In this document: one piece after another, positions 54,386 to 62,992 of the stretch
Layout: each line of letters opens with the position of its first letter
Position numbering within the stretch: the stretch's first letter is position 1
From: Vicinamibacteria bacterium
Lineage (GTDB): Bacteria; Acidobacteriota; Vicinamibacteria; Marinacidobacterales; Marinacidobacteraceae
DNA length: 64,000 nucleotides
Assembly (NCBI GenBank): GCA_963555995.3
Contig: OY821641.1
Coordinates: 2,174,867-2,238,866, forward strand
Direction of reading: 5' to 3'
Program-made: the position numbers and the translations under genes
Notes under the pieces: generated by a model
The model's input: only the letters and a program-made list of their open reading frames with translations
The model's database searches: none
Told to the model about the DNA's origin: nothing

Positions 54386-55264
54386 ATGGGCAAACCACGC
54401 TGCCCCGTGCTCCGGGGGCTTCTGGCTGCGGTATGCGTCTTCCCGCCCGCTCCGGGGACCGCGGGCGACGATCCCCCCGAGCCGCACTGCAGCGACGACC
54501 GCGCCGAGAACATCTGCTGGGTGCCCCCCGGTGATTTCTGGATGGGCCGGACCCGGCTCTGGCTGATTGACGAGATCCACTGGCAGACGCGCGACCGGGT
54601 GGACGCGCGGCCCGTCCACCGGGTGACGCTCCCCGGCTTCTGGATTGATCAGCAGGAAGTCACCCAGGAGGCATATCGGAAGTTCACCCGCTCCACCGGA
54701 CGGCCGGAACCGTTCCACTGGCGTCAGGGTTTTCCCGAGGAGAAGGGTCAATTCCCGGTCTACAACGTCAACTGGAGCGACGCGAGTGACTACTGCGCGT
54801 TCCGGGGAAAACGGCTGCCGACGGAAGCCGAATGGGAGAAGGCCGCCCGGGGCGGGCTCGCGGGAGCGCCGTGGCCGTGGGGCGGCCAGTACCGGCCCGA
54901 TCCGGAGGAAGGCGCCCCCGAGGGAACCCGGGTCCCGCCGCCGGCGCGGATCGCGCATCCCGGTTCGCCGACCGACGTGGCGTCCTTCCCGCCGAACGGC
55001 TACGGCCTCTACGACATGGTCGGGAACATCGCCGAGTGGGTGGCGGACGGCTACGACCTCGGCTACTACGCGGTGAGCCCGCTGGTGGAGCCGCGGGGGC
55101 CGAAGGACGCGCCCTACCGGATCTTCCGGGGCGGAAGCTGGGCGGACACCGACGAGCGGATCGCCAGCGTCTTCTACCGGAACTTCACGAGACCCGACAC
55201 CAGGATTCACAGCATCGGGTTCCGGTGCGCCCTCGATCATCCACAGGAAGGGGATACCGAATGA
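54386..55264 (+). CDS. Formylglycine-generating-enzyme (FGE/SUMF1) family protein, secreted
   Basis: VTLPGFWIDQQEVTQEAY...YNVNWSDASDYCAFRGKRLPTEAEWEKAARGG...YGLYDMVGNIAEW...FRGGSWAD...GFRCA. Confidence 0.85.
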   Translation: MGKPRCPVLRGLLAAVCVFPPAPGTAGDDPPEPHCSDDRAENICWVPPGDFWMGRTRLWLIDEIHWQTRDRVDARPVHRVTLPGFWIDQQEVTQEAYRKFTRSTGRPEPFHWRQGFPEEKGQFPVYNVNWSDASDYCAFRGKRLPTEAEWEKAARGGLAGAPWPWGGQYRPDPEEGAPEGTRVPPPARIAHPGSPTDVASFPPNGYGLYDMVGNIAEWVADGYDLGYYAVSPLVEPRGPKDAPYRIFRGGSWADTDERIASVFYRNFTRPDTRIHSIGFRCALDHPQEGDTE

Positions 55265-56283
55265 CCACGACTCCGAAGAACGGAATGGGACGGCGCGAGG
55301 CGCTCCGGCGGATTTCCGCCGGAACCGGCGGGGCGGCCCTCGGCGCCGCCGGCGGCGCGGCGTTCGGGGCCGGCGCAGCGGGCGCGGCGTGCGCCCCGGC
55401 GGGCTCCGACGCAGCTTCGGACCCGGGCCACCAGTTCCGCTCGCTGCTCGCCGGCGGCGATCCGGTGATCTGCCCCGGAGCCTTCGACGTGATCTCGGCG
55501 CGGCTCATCGTGGACATGGGGTTCCAGACCCTTCTCCTCGGCGGCAGCGCCGGTTCGGCGGCGAACCTCGGCGTCCCCGACTACGGACTCGCCTCGATCA
55601 CCGAGCTGATCGAGATGGCCGCGCGGATCGCCGACAGCGTCCCGGTTCCCGTCTTCGCCGACGCCGACGACGGGGGCGGCAGCCCGCTCGCGGTGGCCCG
55701 GGCCATCCGCGGTTACGAACGCGCTGGCCTTGCGGCGGTGATGATCGAGGACCACGTGCAGGCGAAGCACCTCGGCGAAGGAGGCGTGCTGGTCGAGACC
55801 GGGACCATGCAGGACAAGCTCCGGGCCGCGGTGGACGCGCGGAAGGGCGGCATGATGATCGTCGCCCGCTGCGACGCCGTTTCCATCGGGCAGAGCGATG
55901 CGGAAGCGACGGAGCGGGGCGCCGCTTACGTCGAGGCCGGCGCCGACCTCCTCTTCTTCGCGGGGCTGCCTCCGGAGAGCATGGGGGCGGTCTCGGAGGC
56001 GTGCGGCCGACCGGTGATCGCGAGCGTCCACGACACCCCGATGGCGACGCTTCGGGAGAACAACGTGCCGCTCGTCCTCTACGCCGGACAGATGCTCCGG
56101 CTCGCCCTCGGCGCCATGCGCCAGGGGCTCCAGGACATCCACGACGGCGCCACCTGGCCCGGATACGCGGGCCGCGCGCTGCCGGGGGACATCTATCAGA
56201 ACCTGATCGAGTCGCCCCGGTGGCGCGAGGACGCCCGCCGCTACAACCTCGTGGACGAGAACGGCCGCCAAGTCAAAGGATAG
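55261..56283 (+). CDS. Isocitrate lyase/PEP mutase-superfamily protein with N-terminal Tat-like signal
   Basis: ATG 55261 overlaps the FGE-like stop (ATGA). ICPGAFDVISARL...VFADADDGGG...AVMIEDHV...IVARCDA...AGADLLF is ICL/PEPM-like. The N-terminus is MGRREALRRISAGTGGAALGAAGGAAFGAGAAGAAC. Confidence 0.8.
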   Translation: MTTTPKNGMGRREALRRISAGTGGAALGAAGGAAFGAGAAGAACAPAGSDAASDPGHQFRSLLAGGDPVICPGAFDVISARLIVDMGFQTLLLGGSAGSAANLGVPDYGLASITELIEMAARIADSVPVPVFADADDGGGSPLAVARAIRGYERAGLAAVMIEDHVQAKHLGEGGVLVETGTMQDKLRAAVDARKGGMMIVARCDAVSIGQSDAEATERGAAYVEAGADLLFFAGLPPESMGAVSEACGRPVIASVHDTPMATLRENNVPLVLYAGQMLRLALGAMRQGLQDIHDGATWPGYAGRALPGDIYQNLIESPRWREDARRYNLVDENGRQVKG

Positions 56284-56288
56284 GGAAC

Positions 56289-56336
56289 GCTTGGAACGCC
56301 GGTCTCCAGACCGGCACCGCGGCGCTCCGCGCCGCG
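56289..56336 (-). repeat. REP-like double-hairpin module (reverse)
   Basis: GCTTGGAACGCCGGTCTCCAGACCGGCAC CGCGGCGC-TCC-GCGCCGCG, starting 6 nt after the stop of the preceding gene. Confidence 0.8.
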
Positions 56337-56411
56337 CAAGGCCCACTACGCTTCGCCGTGCGTGATCCGCACAGTCAAGACCAACGACTCGGATAGACGC
56401 ACCGCTCTCCC

Positions 56412-56999
56412 GTGACCAACCTCCGCAAGCCACACCTCACCCCTCGCAGCCAGCACGCTTGGCGCCGCTGGCTCGAGACCAACCACGCCGCCGTCCCCGA
56501 GGTCTCGGTCATCTTCTACAAGAAACACGCCCAGCGTCCCGGCCGTCCCACCCTCACCTACGAACAGGCGGTCGAGCAGGCGATCTGCTTCGGCTGGATT
56601 GACGGGCTCAAACGGCGGATCGACGACGAGCGCTACGCACACCGCTTCACCCCCCGGAAACCGGACAGCCGGTGGTCCGAGAGCAATCGGGCCCGGCTCG
56701 CCAGGATGCGATCCCTGGATCGCATGACGCCAGCCGGTGAGGCGACCGTCGCCGCTTCCATCCGGTCGGGAGCGTGGGAGAAACCCGCCCGCGCGTCCGC
56801 CGTCGCAGCCCCACCCGAGTTTCTCGCGGCGCTTGATCGCGACGTCACGGCCCGCGCCGGATACGAAGCCCTCAGCCCGTCGGACCGGCGCCGTTACGAG
56901 GTCTGGATCGGGATGGCGAAGCGGGAGGAGACGCGCCAGCGACGTCTGGCGGAGAGCCTCGATCTGCTCCGCCGCGGCCGCAAACTCGGAATGCGCTGA
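56412..56999 (+). CDS. YdeI/OmpD-associated family protein
   Basis: 195 aa with a GTG start. WRRWLETNH...EQAICFGWIDG...RFTPRKPDSRWSESN...PEFLAALD...LSPSDRRRYEVWI...KREETRQRR is YdeI-like. Confidence 0.75.
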   Translation: MTNLRKPHLTPRSQHAWRRWLETNHAAVPEVSVIFYKKHAQRPGRPTLTYEQAVEQAICFGWIDGLKRRIDDERYAHRFTPRKPDSRWSESNRARLARMRSLDRMTPAGEATVAASIRSGAWEKPARASAVAAPPEFLAALDRDVTARAGYEALSPSDRRRYEVWIGMAKREETRQRRLAESLDLLRRGRKLGMR

Positions 57000-57066
57000 A
57001 TCGGACAGCCCGTCCGGCGAACACCCCACCCCGTCCGAGCGTCGTGCCGTCCACTCCGATCTCCAT

Positions 57067-57119
57067 TGTTATCTCTGAATAAACGATAAATGGTTATAAC
57101 GACTAAAATATAGATTATT
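57067..57119 (+). promoter_or_regulatory. AT-rich promoter/operator region upstream of hipB
   Basis: A 53-bp AT-rich island in a ~70% GC context. It contains TTATC-N11-GATAA (57069-57089), the 8-bp palindrome GTTATAAC (57093-57100) and TAAAAT (57104-09). The exact promoter is not resolvable by eye. Confidence 0.4.
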
Positions 57120-57440
57120 ATGGGATCCAAACCCCTCCCTCCATCGGTGCAGCGCGCCCTCCGGGAGTTGGGCCGAGACCTCCGGATCGCGCGAAAGAAG
57201 CGGCGGATGCCGATGAACGACTTCGCCGAGCGGATGGGTGTTTCGCTCGGGACCCTGGCCCGGCTGGAGCGGGGGGAACCCGGCGTGTCCATCGGCGCAT
57301 TCGCAATGGCGCTCCTCGCCCTCGGCGAGCTGCGACGGCTGGCCGAAGTGCTCGACGTCTCGAAGGACGACACCGGACTCCTGCTTGACCTCTCCAGCCT
57401 TCCCCGGAGAATCCGCCGCCCGGCGTCGGCTTCGGGGTAA
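57120..57440 (+). CDS. hipB: XRE-family HTH antitoxin (HipB-like)
   Basis: 106 aa. LRELGRDLRIARKKRRMPMNDFAERMGVSLGTLARLERGE is an XRE-family HTH. It lies immediately upstream of hipA. Confidence 0.8.
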   Translation: MGSKPLPPSVQRALRELGRDLRIARKKRRMPMNDFAERMGVSLGTLARLERGEPGVSIGAFAMALLALGELRRLAEVLDVSKDDTGLLLDLSSLPRRIRRPASASG

Positions 57441-57447
57441 CCGGACG

Positions 57448-58713
57448 ATGCCGAAAACCAGCCGCCGCGTCCGCGTAGCGCTCGGCGAGGAACTCCGCGC
57501 GGTGGGAGAGCTCGCCTTCGAGTCCGACGGCAGGCGCGAGACGAGCATGTTCCGCTACGCAGCCGAATGGCTGGCGGATCCGCGGGGGTTCGCCATCGCG
57601 CCGGGACTGCCGCGCTCCGAAGCGCCCTACTTCGCTTCCGGATCGTCTCTGGACCGCCGTTCGGCGCTGCCCGGCGCCTTCGGGGATGGAGCGCCGGACG
57701 CTTGGGGACGCGGCTTGATCCGGCGGGCGCTGTCAGGCCCACTCGGCGAACTCGACTACCTCCTCGCGGTGGACGACCCGACTCGGCAGGGCGCCCTCCG
57801 TTACCTCGATTCCGACGGAACGCCCCTCGCCAAGTCCGGCCCGCCCGCCGCCGGCGCGGGAGCCCTCGGAAGACTGAGGCGTTTGGTCCGGTTGATCGGG
57901 ACCGGTCAGGAGGTTCTCCTTCCGGACCGCGAGCGGCTCCTGCGGAGCGCCAGCTCGCTGGGCGGGGCGCGGCCCAAGGCGACCCTCCTCGATGACGAGG
58001 GCGACCTGGTGGTCGCCAAGTTCACCGGGGAGAACGACTCCCGCCCGATCGAGCGCGTCGAGGTGGCCACCCTGCAGCTCGCCCGGTCCGCGGGACTGGC
58101 CGCCGCCGAGGCGCGGCTCGTCCTCGGGAACACCGCGAGCCCCGTCGCCCTCATCAAGCGCTTCGATCGGGCCGGCGCCGGCCGCATCCACTATCTCTCG
58201 GCGCAATCGTTTCTCGGCGCGGAACACGGTGCGACCGCCTTCTACACGGACATTGCCGACGCCCTCCGCGCTCACGCCGAGAGTCCGCGGGAACAGCTCC
58301 ACGAGCTGTACCGCCGGATCCTGTTCACGATCCTGGTCTCGAACAACGACGACCATCTCAAGAACCACGGACTCCTGCATGCCGGCTCTGGCCGATGGGT
58401 CCTTTCGCCCGCCTTCGACATCAATCCGGAACCGCACCGCGACCGCCGCCTCAAGACCGGCATCAGCGAACTGAGCGGCAACGAGGCATCGGTCGCTGCG
58501 GCGCTCGAAGCCGCTCCCTTTTTCGAACTGAAGCCGGACGACGCGGCGGCCACGGCTGCCCGCATGGCTTCCACGATCCGGAACGAATGGAGAGGACGTC
58601 TCGCCGCAAGCGGACTGACGGTCGCCGAGATCGGCGCCTACCGGCCTGCCTTCGAACACGGGGAGAACCGCCTGGCGCTGCGTCTCGGCCGCAAGGAGCC
58701 CAGCGCGGGCTGA
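57448..58713 (+). CDS. hipA: HipA-family serine/threonine kinase toxin
   Basis: 421 aa from ATG 57448. LGGARPKA, VAKF, IKRFDR and NNDDHLKNHG...LSPAFDI are canonical HipA motifs. Confidence 0.9.
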   Translation: MPKTSRRVRVALGEELRAVGELAFESDGRRETSMFRYAAEWLADPRGFAIAPGLPRSEAPYFASGSSLDRRSALPGAFGDGAPDAWGRGLIRRALSGPLGELDYLLAVDDPTRQGALRYLDSDGTPLAKSGPPAAGAGALGRLRRLVRLIGTGQEVLLPDRERLLRSASSLGGARPKATLLDDEGDLVVAKFTGENDSRPIERVEVATLQLARSAGLAAAEARLVLGNTASPVALIKRFDRAGAGRIHYLSAQSFLGAEHGATAFYTDIADALRAHAESPREQLHELYRRILFTILVSNNDDHLKNHGLLHAGSGRWVLSPAFDINPEPHRDRRLKTGISELSGNEASVAAALEAAPFFELKPDDAAATAARMASTIRNEWRGRLAASGLTVAEIGAYRPAFEHGENRLALRLGRKEPSAG

Positions 58714-58725
58714 TTGGGCGTCTCC

Positions 58726-60003
58726 ATGTTGACCCGACACCGGCTACCGCAAGTCCTCCACGGCGGCCGGTTCGGGTTCTGGGTTCGGGTCTTCGTTCCG
58801 TTCGCCTTCGGGTACTTCGTCTCGTGGCTGCTTCGCTCGGTCACCGCGATCATCGCTCCGGACCTGGTCCGGGACCTCGGGCTGTCCGCACTCGGGGTGG
58901 GCGTGCTGGGAAGCACCTACCTGCTCGCCTTCGCCTTGTCCCAGTTGCCGATCGGCGGCGCGCTGGACCACCTCGGACCGCGGCGAACCAATGGAACGCT
59001 GTTGGTGGTCTCCGCCGTGGGTTGCCTCCTGTTCGGGGTCGCGGATTCGTTGCCGGTCCTGCTGGTGGGGCGGTTCCTCGCCGGTCTGGGAGTGGCGGCC
59101 TGCCTGATGGCGTCGTTCAAGGCGTTCGTGCTCTGGGCGCCGCCGGCCCGGCTCCCGTTCCTGAACGGTTTCCTGATGGCGGTCGGATCCACCGGGGCGC
59201 TGGCGGCCACCACTCCAACCGAATGGATGCTCGGTCTGGTGAGCTGGCGCGAACTGTTCGTCCTGCTCGCGGTCGCGCTACTGGCGAGCGCCGTGGTCCT
59301 GTTCGTTCTGGTCCCTCGAGACCCGCGAGCGGCCGATGGGGCCGGGTCTTCCGGCCTCCTCGCGGCCACTGCTGGCGTGCGCGAGGTCCTGCGGCGGCGG
59401 GTTTTCTGGAGCGTCGCCCCGTTGGGGGTGGTCCACCAGGGCGCCTTCCTGGGGATTCAGAGCCTCTGGGCGGGCCCGTGGCTGGCGGAGGTCGCAGCGC
59501 TGGACCGGGACGCGGTCGCTGCCCACCTGCTGGTACTCGCGGTCGCCATGGTGCTCGGTTTCCTGGTCAGCGGGGCGCTCGCGGGCGCGCTCGCGCGGCG
59601 GGGGATCTCCTCGCTCTCGCTCCTGGGGGGCGTCAACCTGGGGCTCACGGCGACGCTCCTCGTGCTGGCCTCCGGCTTCACCGGGGCGCCGGCCGTCGTG
59701 TGGGCCGCCTTCGGGTTCTTTGGAGCGTCCGGGATGCTGTGCTTTGCGATCCTGGTCGCCCACTACCCGGCCGGGCTCGCAGGAAGGGTGACCTCGGCGC
59801 TGAACCTGCTCATCTTCGCGGCGGCGTTCTCCGTGCAGACGGGCTTCGGCGCCGTGATTGACCGCTTTCGCGGTGACGGCCCCGAGGCGCCCTTCGCCGG
59901 CGCCGGGTTCGCGGTGGCGTTTCTGCTCCTCGCCGCCTTCCAGGGGTTCTCGCTGGTCTGGCTGCGGCTCACCCGGTCCTGGCGGGACCCCGGGTCAGCC
60001 TGA
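58726..60003 (+). CDS. MFS transporter
   Basis: About 12 TM segments. LSQLPIGGALDHLGPRRT is the MFS loop 2-3 motif. ATG 58726 is preferred over the track's TTG start at 58714. Confidence 0.8.
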   Translation: MLTRHRLPQVLHGGRFGFWVRVFVPFAFGYFVSWLLRSVTAIIAPDLVRDLGLSALGVGVLGSTYLLAFALSQLPIGGALDHLGPRRTNGTLLVVSAVGCLLFGVADSLPVLLVGRFLAGLGVAACLMASFKAFVLWAPPARLPFLNGFLMAVGSTGALAATTPTEWMLGLVSWRELFVLLAVALLASAVVLFVLVPRDPRAADGAGSSGLLAATAGVREVLRRRVFWSVAPLGVVHQGAFLGIQSLWAGPWLAEVAALDRDAVAAHLLVLAVAMVLGFLVSGALAGALARRGISSLSLLGGVNLGLTATLLVLASGFTGAPAVVWAAFGFFGASGMLCFAILVAHYPAGLAGRVTSALNLLIFAAAFSVQTGFGAVIDRFRGDGPEAPFAGAGFAVAFLLLAAFQGFSLVWLRLTRSWRDPGSA

Positions 60004-60051
60004 GCGATTGCCGAAACCGGGGGTGTCCCGGCTTGGAGCGGGTTACGGCGG

Positions 60052-60102
60052 GCGCCGCGCGGAGCACCGCGCGTGCCGGTCTGGAGACCGGCGTTCCAAG
60101 CC
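60052..60102 (+). repeat. REP-like double-hairpin module (forward) between convergent genes
   Basis: CGCGCG-GAGCAC-CGCGCG followed by GTGCCGGTC-TGGA-GACCGGCGTTCCAAGCCG. Confidence 0.8.
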
Positions 60103-60111
60103 GTCGCGTCC

Positions 60112-61059
60112 CTATTGGGAGGAGAGGCTGCGGTGGACGAGGCGGACGAAGCGCTCCGCGTTCACGAAGCCGCCCGCGTCGGGCGCCCAGCCGATGTCCG
60201 TGCCGATCCCGGTCACGAGCGCCACGTAGTCGGCCGCGGCGTCGTCCTCGCTCTGGCCGGCCGCGACCCGCTCGCTGATCCGCGCGCGGGCCTGCTTGAG
60301 CGCTTCCGCGTACTTCATCAGGGTGGCGCGGTCGGTCACCGGACCGTGGCCGGGGATGATCGTCGTCTGATCGTCGGTCGCTTCCAAGACCCGGTCGGCG
60401 GCCGCGATCAGCCCGTCAATCCCGCCACCCGAGTCCACGTCAATGAACGGGAAGGCGCCGTTGAAGAACAGGTCTCCCATGTGGACCACGTTCGCACCCC
60501 GGAAGAAGATCGCGGAGTCGCCGTCGGTGTGGGCGTGCGGCTGGTGCCGGGCCTCGATGGCGAGTCCGTTCCAGTGCAGGGTGACGCCGTGCTCGAAGGT
60601 CACCACGGGCAGCGCCTCGGGAGCCGCCTGGTCGCTGCGACCGACCACGTCGGCGAACTCCGCCGGATTCATCCGCTTCCGGACGTTCTCGTGAGCCACG
60701 ATGAGGCTGCCCGCCTTCCCGAGGTTCTCGTTGCCGCCGGTGTGGTCGCCGTGCCAGTGGGTGTTGACCACGAAGCGCACCGGCTCGCTGGTGATCGAGC
60801 GCACGGCGGCGAGGATCTTGTCGGTGAGCGGCGCGTACTGGTCGTCCACCAGGAGCGCTCCGTCCTCGCCGACCGAGAGTCCGATGTTGCCCCCGCGCCC
60901 GAAGAGGACGTGGATGCCGCCGCCCAGATCCTCGCTGGTGATGGAGACGGCGTCCCAGTCCACGTCCTGGGCCAGCGCCGGGAACGCGACGAGCGAAAGG
61001 CAGACCGCGGCGAGGAGGAGCCGCCACGGGCGGCGAGTGCATGAATCAGTCAGGAACAT
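60112..61059 (-). CDS. MBL-fold metallo-hydrolase (secreted)
   Basis: NTHWHGDHTGGN (HxHxDH motif). A signal peptide follows ATG 61059 (MFLTDSCTRRPWRLLLAAVCLSLVAFPALAQ). Confidence 0.85.
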   Translation of the reverse strand: MFLTDSCTRRPWRLLLAAVCLSLVAFPALAQDVDWDAVSITSEDLGGGIHVLFGRGGNIGLSVGEDGALLVDDQYAPLTDKILAAVRSITSEPVRFVVNTHWHGDHTGGNENLGKAGSLIVAHENVRKRMNPAEFADVVGRSDQAAPEALPVVTFEHGVTLHWNGLAIEARHQPHAHTDGDSAIFFRGANVVHMGDLFFNGAFPFIDVDSGGGIDGLIAAADRVLEATDDQTTIIPGHGPVTDRATLMKYAEALKQARARISERVAAGQSEDDAAADYVALVTGIGTDIGWAPDAGGFVNAERFVRLVHRSLSSQ

Positions 61060-61137
61060 GGCGGTACGAACTCCGGAGGGGAAGGATGGCGGCCACACGG
61101 ATCCCGGCGGCCTGACAAGGGAACGGGCGGCGCGCGG

Positions 61138-62943
61138 TCAGCAGCCGACGCAGGCGTTGTTGTTCTGGGCGCCGTAGCTGGCGAGGAGCGCGATCGTCTC
61201 CGGGAAGGGGTTGATGCGCTGCACCGGCCCGTTCGCGAGATCAATGGTCGTCTGGCCGGTCCGGGCCACGGCCAGGGGGTCGGCGCCGTGGTCAATCAGG
61301 TACTGCACGAGCCAGGTGTCCCCGCGCGACGCCGCGTGGTGGATCGTGGAGTAGCCGTTGTGATCGCGAACGCTCGCGTCCGCGCCGCACTCCTCCACGA
61401 GGTACCGCACCGCGTCATGCCAGGCGTCGGGCGCGTGGCGGTGGGAGTTGGCCGCGAGTCCCAGCCCATATCCCACGCCGGACGCGGCGTGGATCGGATA
61501 GACGGCCGGATCCCCGAACTCCGCCGGCGGCAGTCCCGATGGGTCCGGGTCTCCCTCTTCGATGAGCATGGGGAGACGCCGCCGCTCCGGCACCTTGACC
61601 GTCGGGAGGTGCGGGTCCGCTCCGTTCGCCACCAGCAGCTTCATCGCCGGGATGTCCAGCGAGTAGGCGGCGCGCCAGAACGCCGTCGCCCCGCTGCGGT
61701 CCACCCCGAGCTGGTCCACGTTATAGACGGTGTACCAGAGCGAACTGTCAATCCGCGCGTCCACGTCGGCGCCCGCATCCAGCAGCGCCTGCATGAGTTC
61801 GAGGTGCGAGGTCTCCTGCTGCAGGTAGTCGGCGGGCTGCGGGTGCCGGGCCTTCGGGATCCACTGGGTGTTGACCGCGCCGTAGAGCGGGGTGGCGTTC
61901 TGCGAATCCGCCATGGTCGGGTCGGCGCCGCGCTCGAGCAGTCTCATCGCGAGGTCGAAGTGACCGTTGATGGTCGCCATCAGCAGCGGCGTCGTCCCGC
62001 TGCCGTCGGCTCGCTGGTTGATCTCCGCGCCGGCGTCGAGCAGTTCCATCGAGGTCTCGATCTGGCCTTCGCGGGCCGCGAGCAGGAGGGCGGTCAGACC
62101 GCCGTGGGTCCCGACCCGGTCCTCGTAGGTCTTCGGCCGGGGTTCGTCGGGATCGAGGTCGCTGTAGGGATCGAGCGGGTCGGGCGGTGAGGCCCCGCCT
62201 CCGGCACCTCCGGTCCCCGCACCCGGACGGCGGTCCACGCCGTTGGCGGGAAGCGGCCGCTCGGCCTGGAGCACGCCGCTGCCGCCCCGCGTTTCCGCGA
62301 GCCGCGTCTCACGTTCCCGGCGTTCCTGCATGTCGAGCCGCGCCCGTTCGACGACGTCCAGCACGTTCGCGGTCCTGGACGCGTCCGCGCCGGCTTCCAT
62401 CAGCGCCCGGACGGCCGCCACGCGGCCGCGGACGGAGGCGAACATGAGCGGCGTCAGGCCCCACTCGGTCTCGCGCGCGTCCACGGAGGCTCCATGACCA
62501 ACCAGCGCGTTCAGCACTTCGGGCACGCCGGCCGCCGCCGCGAAGTGGATCGGCTCGGCCCCGGTGGAGGTCAGGGCATCGGCGGGGGCGCCGGCCTGGA
62601 GGAGGACCTCGGCGACTCCGGCCTCACCGGCCGCCGCCGCCACGTGCAGCGGCGTGTGGCTTCCGAGACGCGTGGTCGCCTCGATGTCCGCGCCCGCCGC
62701 GATCAGTACCTCGGCGACCTCGCGGTTCCCCGTCTTCGCCGCCCAGTGGAGCGCCGTGAACCCGTCACCCTGCGCCGCGTTCACGTCCGCGCCGGAGCGG
62801 AGTTCCGCCTTCAGCGACTCGACGTCGCCGCGCTTCGCCGCGTCGAGCACCGGCGACAGCAGCGCCGCGGTTCCGGCGCCCGCCAGCACGCCCAGCACCG
62901 TGAGCAGCGCCGCCAGGCCAATCCATCGCTTCCCGATCTTCAT
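61138..62943 (-). CDS. Secreted/membrane-anchored ankyrin-repeat protein
   Basis: 601 aa with N-terminal hydrophobic segment WIGLAALLTVLGVLAGAG. It has multiple ANK units (GFTALHWAAKTGNREVAEVLIAAGADI..., TPLHVAAAAGEAGVAEVLLQAGA...). Confidence 0.85.
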   Translation of the reverse strand: MKIGKRWIGLAALLTVLGVLAGAGTAALLSPVLDAAKRGDVESLKAELRSGADVNAAQGDGFTALHWAAKTGNREVAEVLIAAGADIEATTRLGSHTPLHVAAAAGEAGVAEVLLQAGAPADALTSTGAEPIHFAAAAGVPEVLNALVGHGASVDARETEWGLTPLMFASVRGRVAAVRALMEAGADASRTANVLDVVERARLDMQERRERETRLAETRGGSGVLQAERPLPANGVDRRPGAGTGGAGGGASPPDPLDPYSDLDPDEPRPKTYEDRVGTHGGLTALLLAAREGQIETSMELLDAGAEINQRADGSGTTPLLMATINGHFDLAMRLLERGADPTMADSQNATPLYGAVNTQWIPKARHPQPADYLQQETSHLELMQALLDAGADVDARIDSSLWYTVYNVDQLGVDRSGATAFWRAAYSLDIPAMKLLVANGADPHLPTVKVPERRRLPMLIEEGDPDPSGLPPAEFGDPAVYPIHAASGVGYGLGLAANSHRHAPDAWHDAVRYLVEECGADASVRDHNGYSTIHHAASRGDTWLVQYLIDHGADPLAVARTGQTTIDLANGPVQRINPFPETIALLASYGAQNNNACVGC

Positions 62944-62992
62944 GCCCTGTCCCTCTCCTCCCGGTCAGAGGCTTCGCCGTGAATCCCGCTCG

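Noticed and set aside
54386-55264. The FGE-like protein as a diversity-generating retroelement (DGR) target, since the C-terminal GGSW...GFRCA region is a common DGR variable region.
   Set aside because: There is no reverse transcriptase gene and no template-repeat copy of the 55120-55240 segment anywhere in the window.
52931-55264. The FGE-like enzyme maturing the adjacent DUF1501 protein by classical formylglycine formation.
   Set aside because: I could not find a C/S-x-P-x-R sulfatase signature in the DUF1501 sequence; the equivalent region reads EMGGAISPMDTWDF. The link is kept only as a neighbourhood observation.
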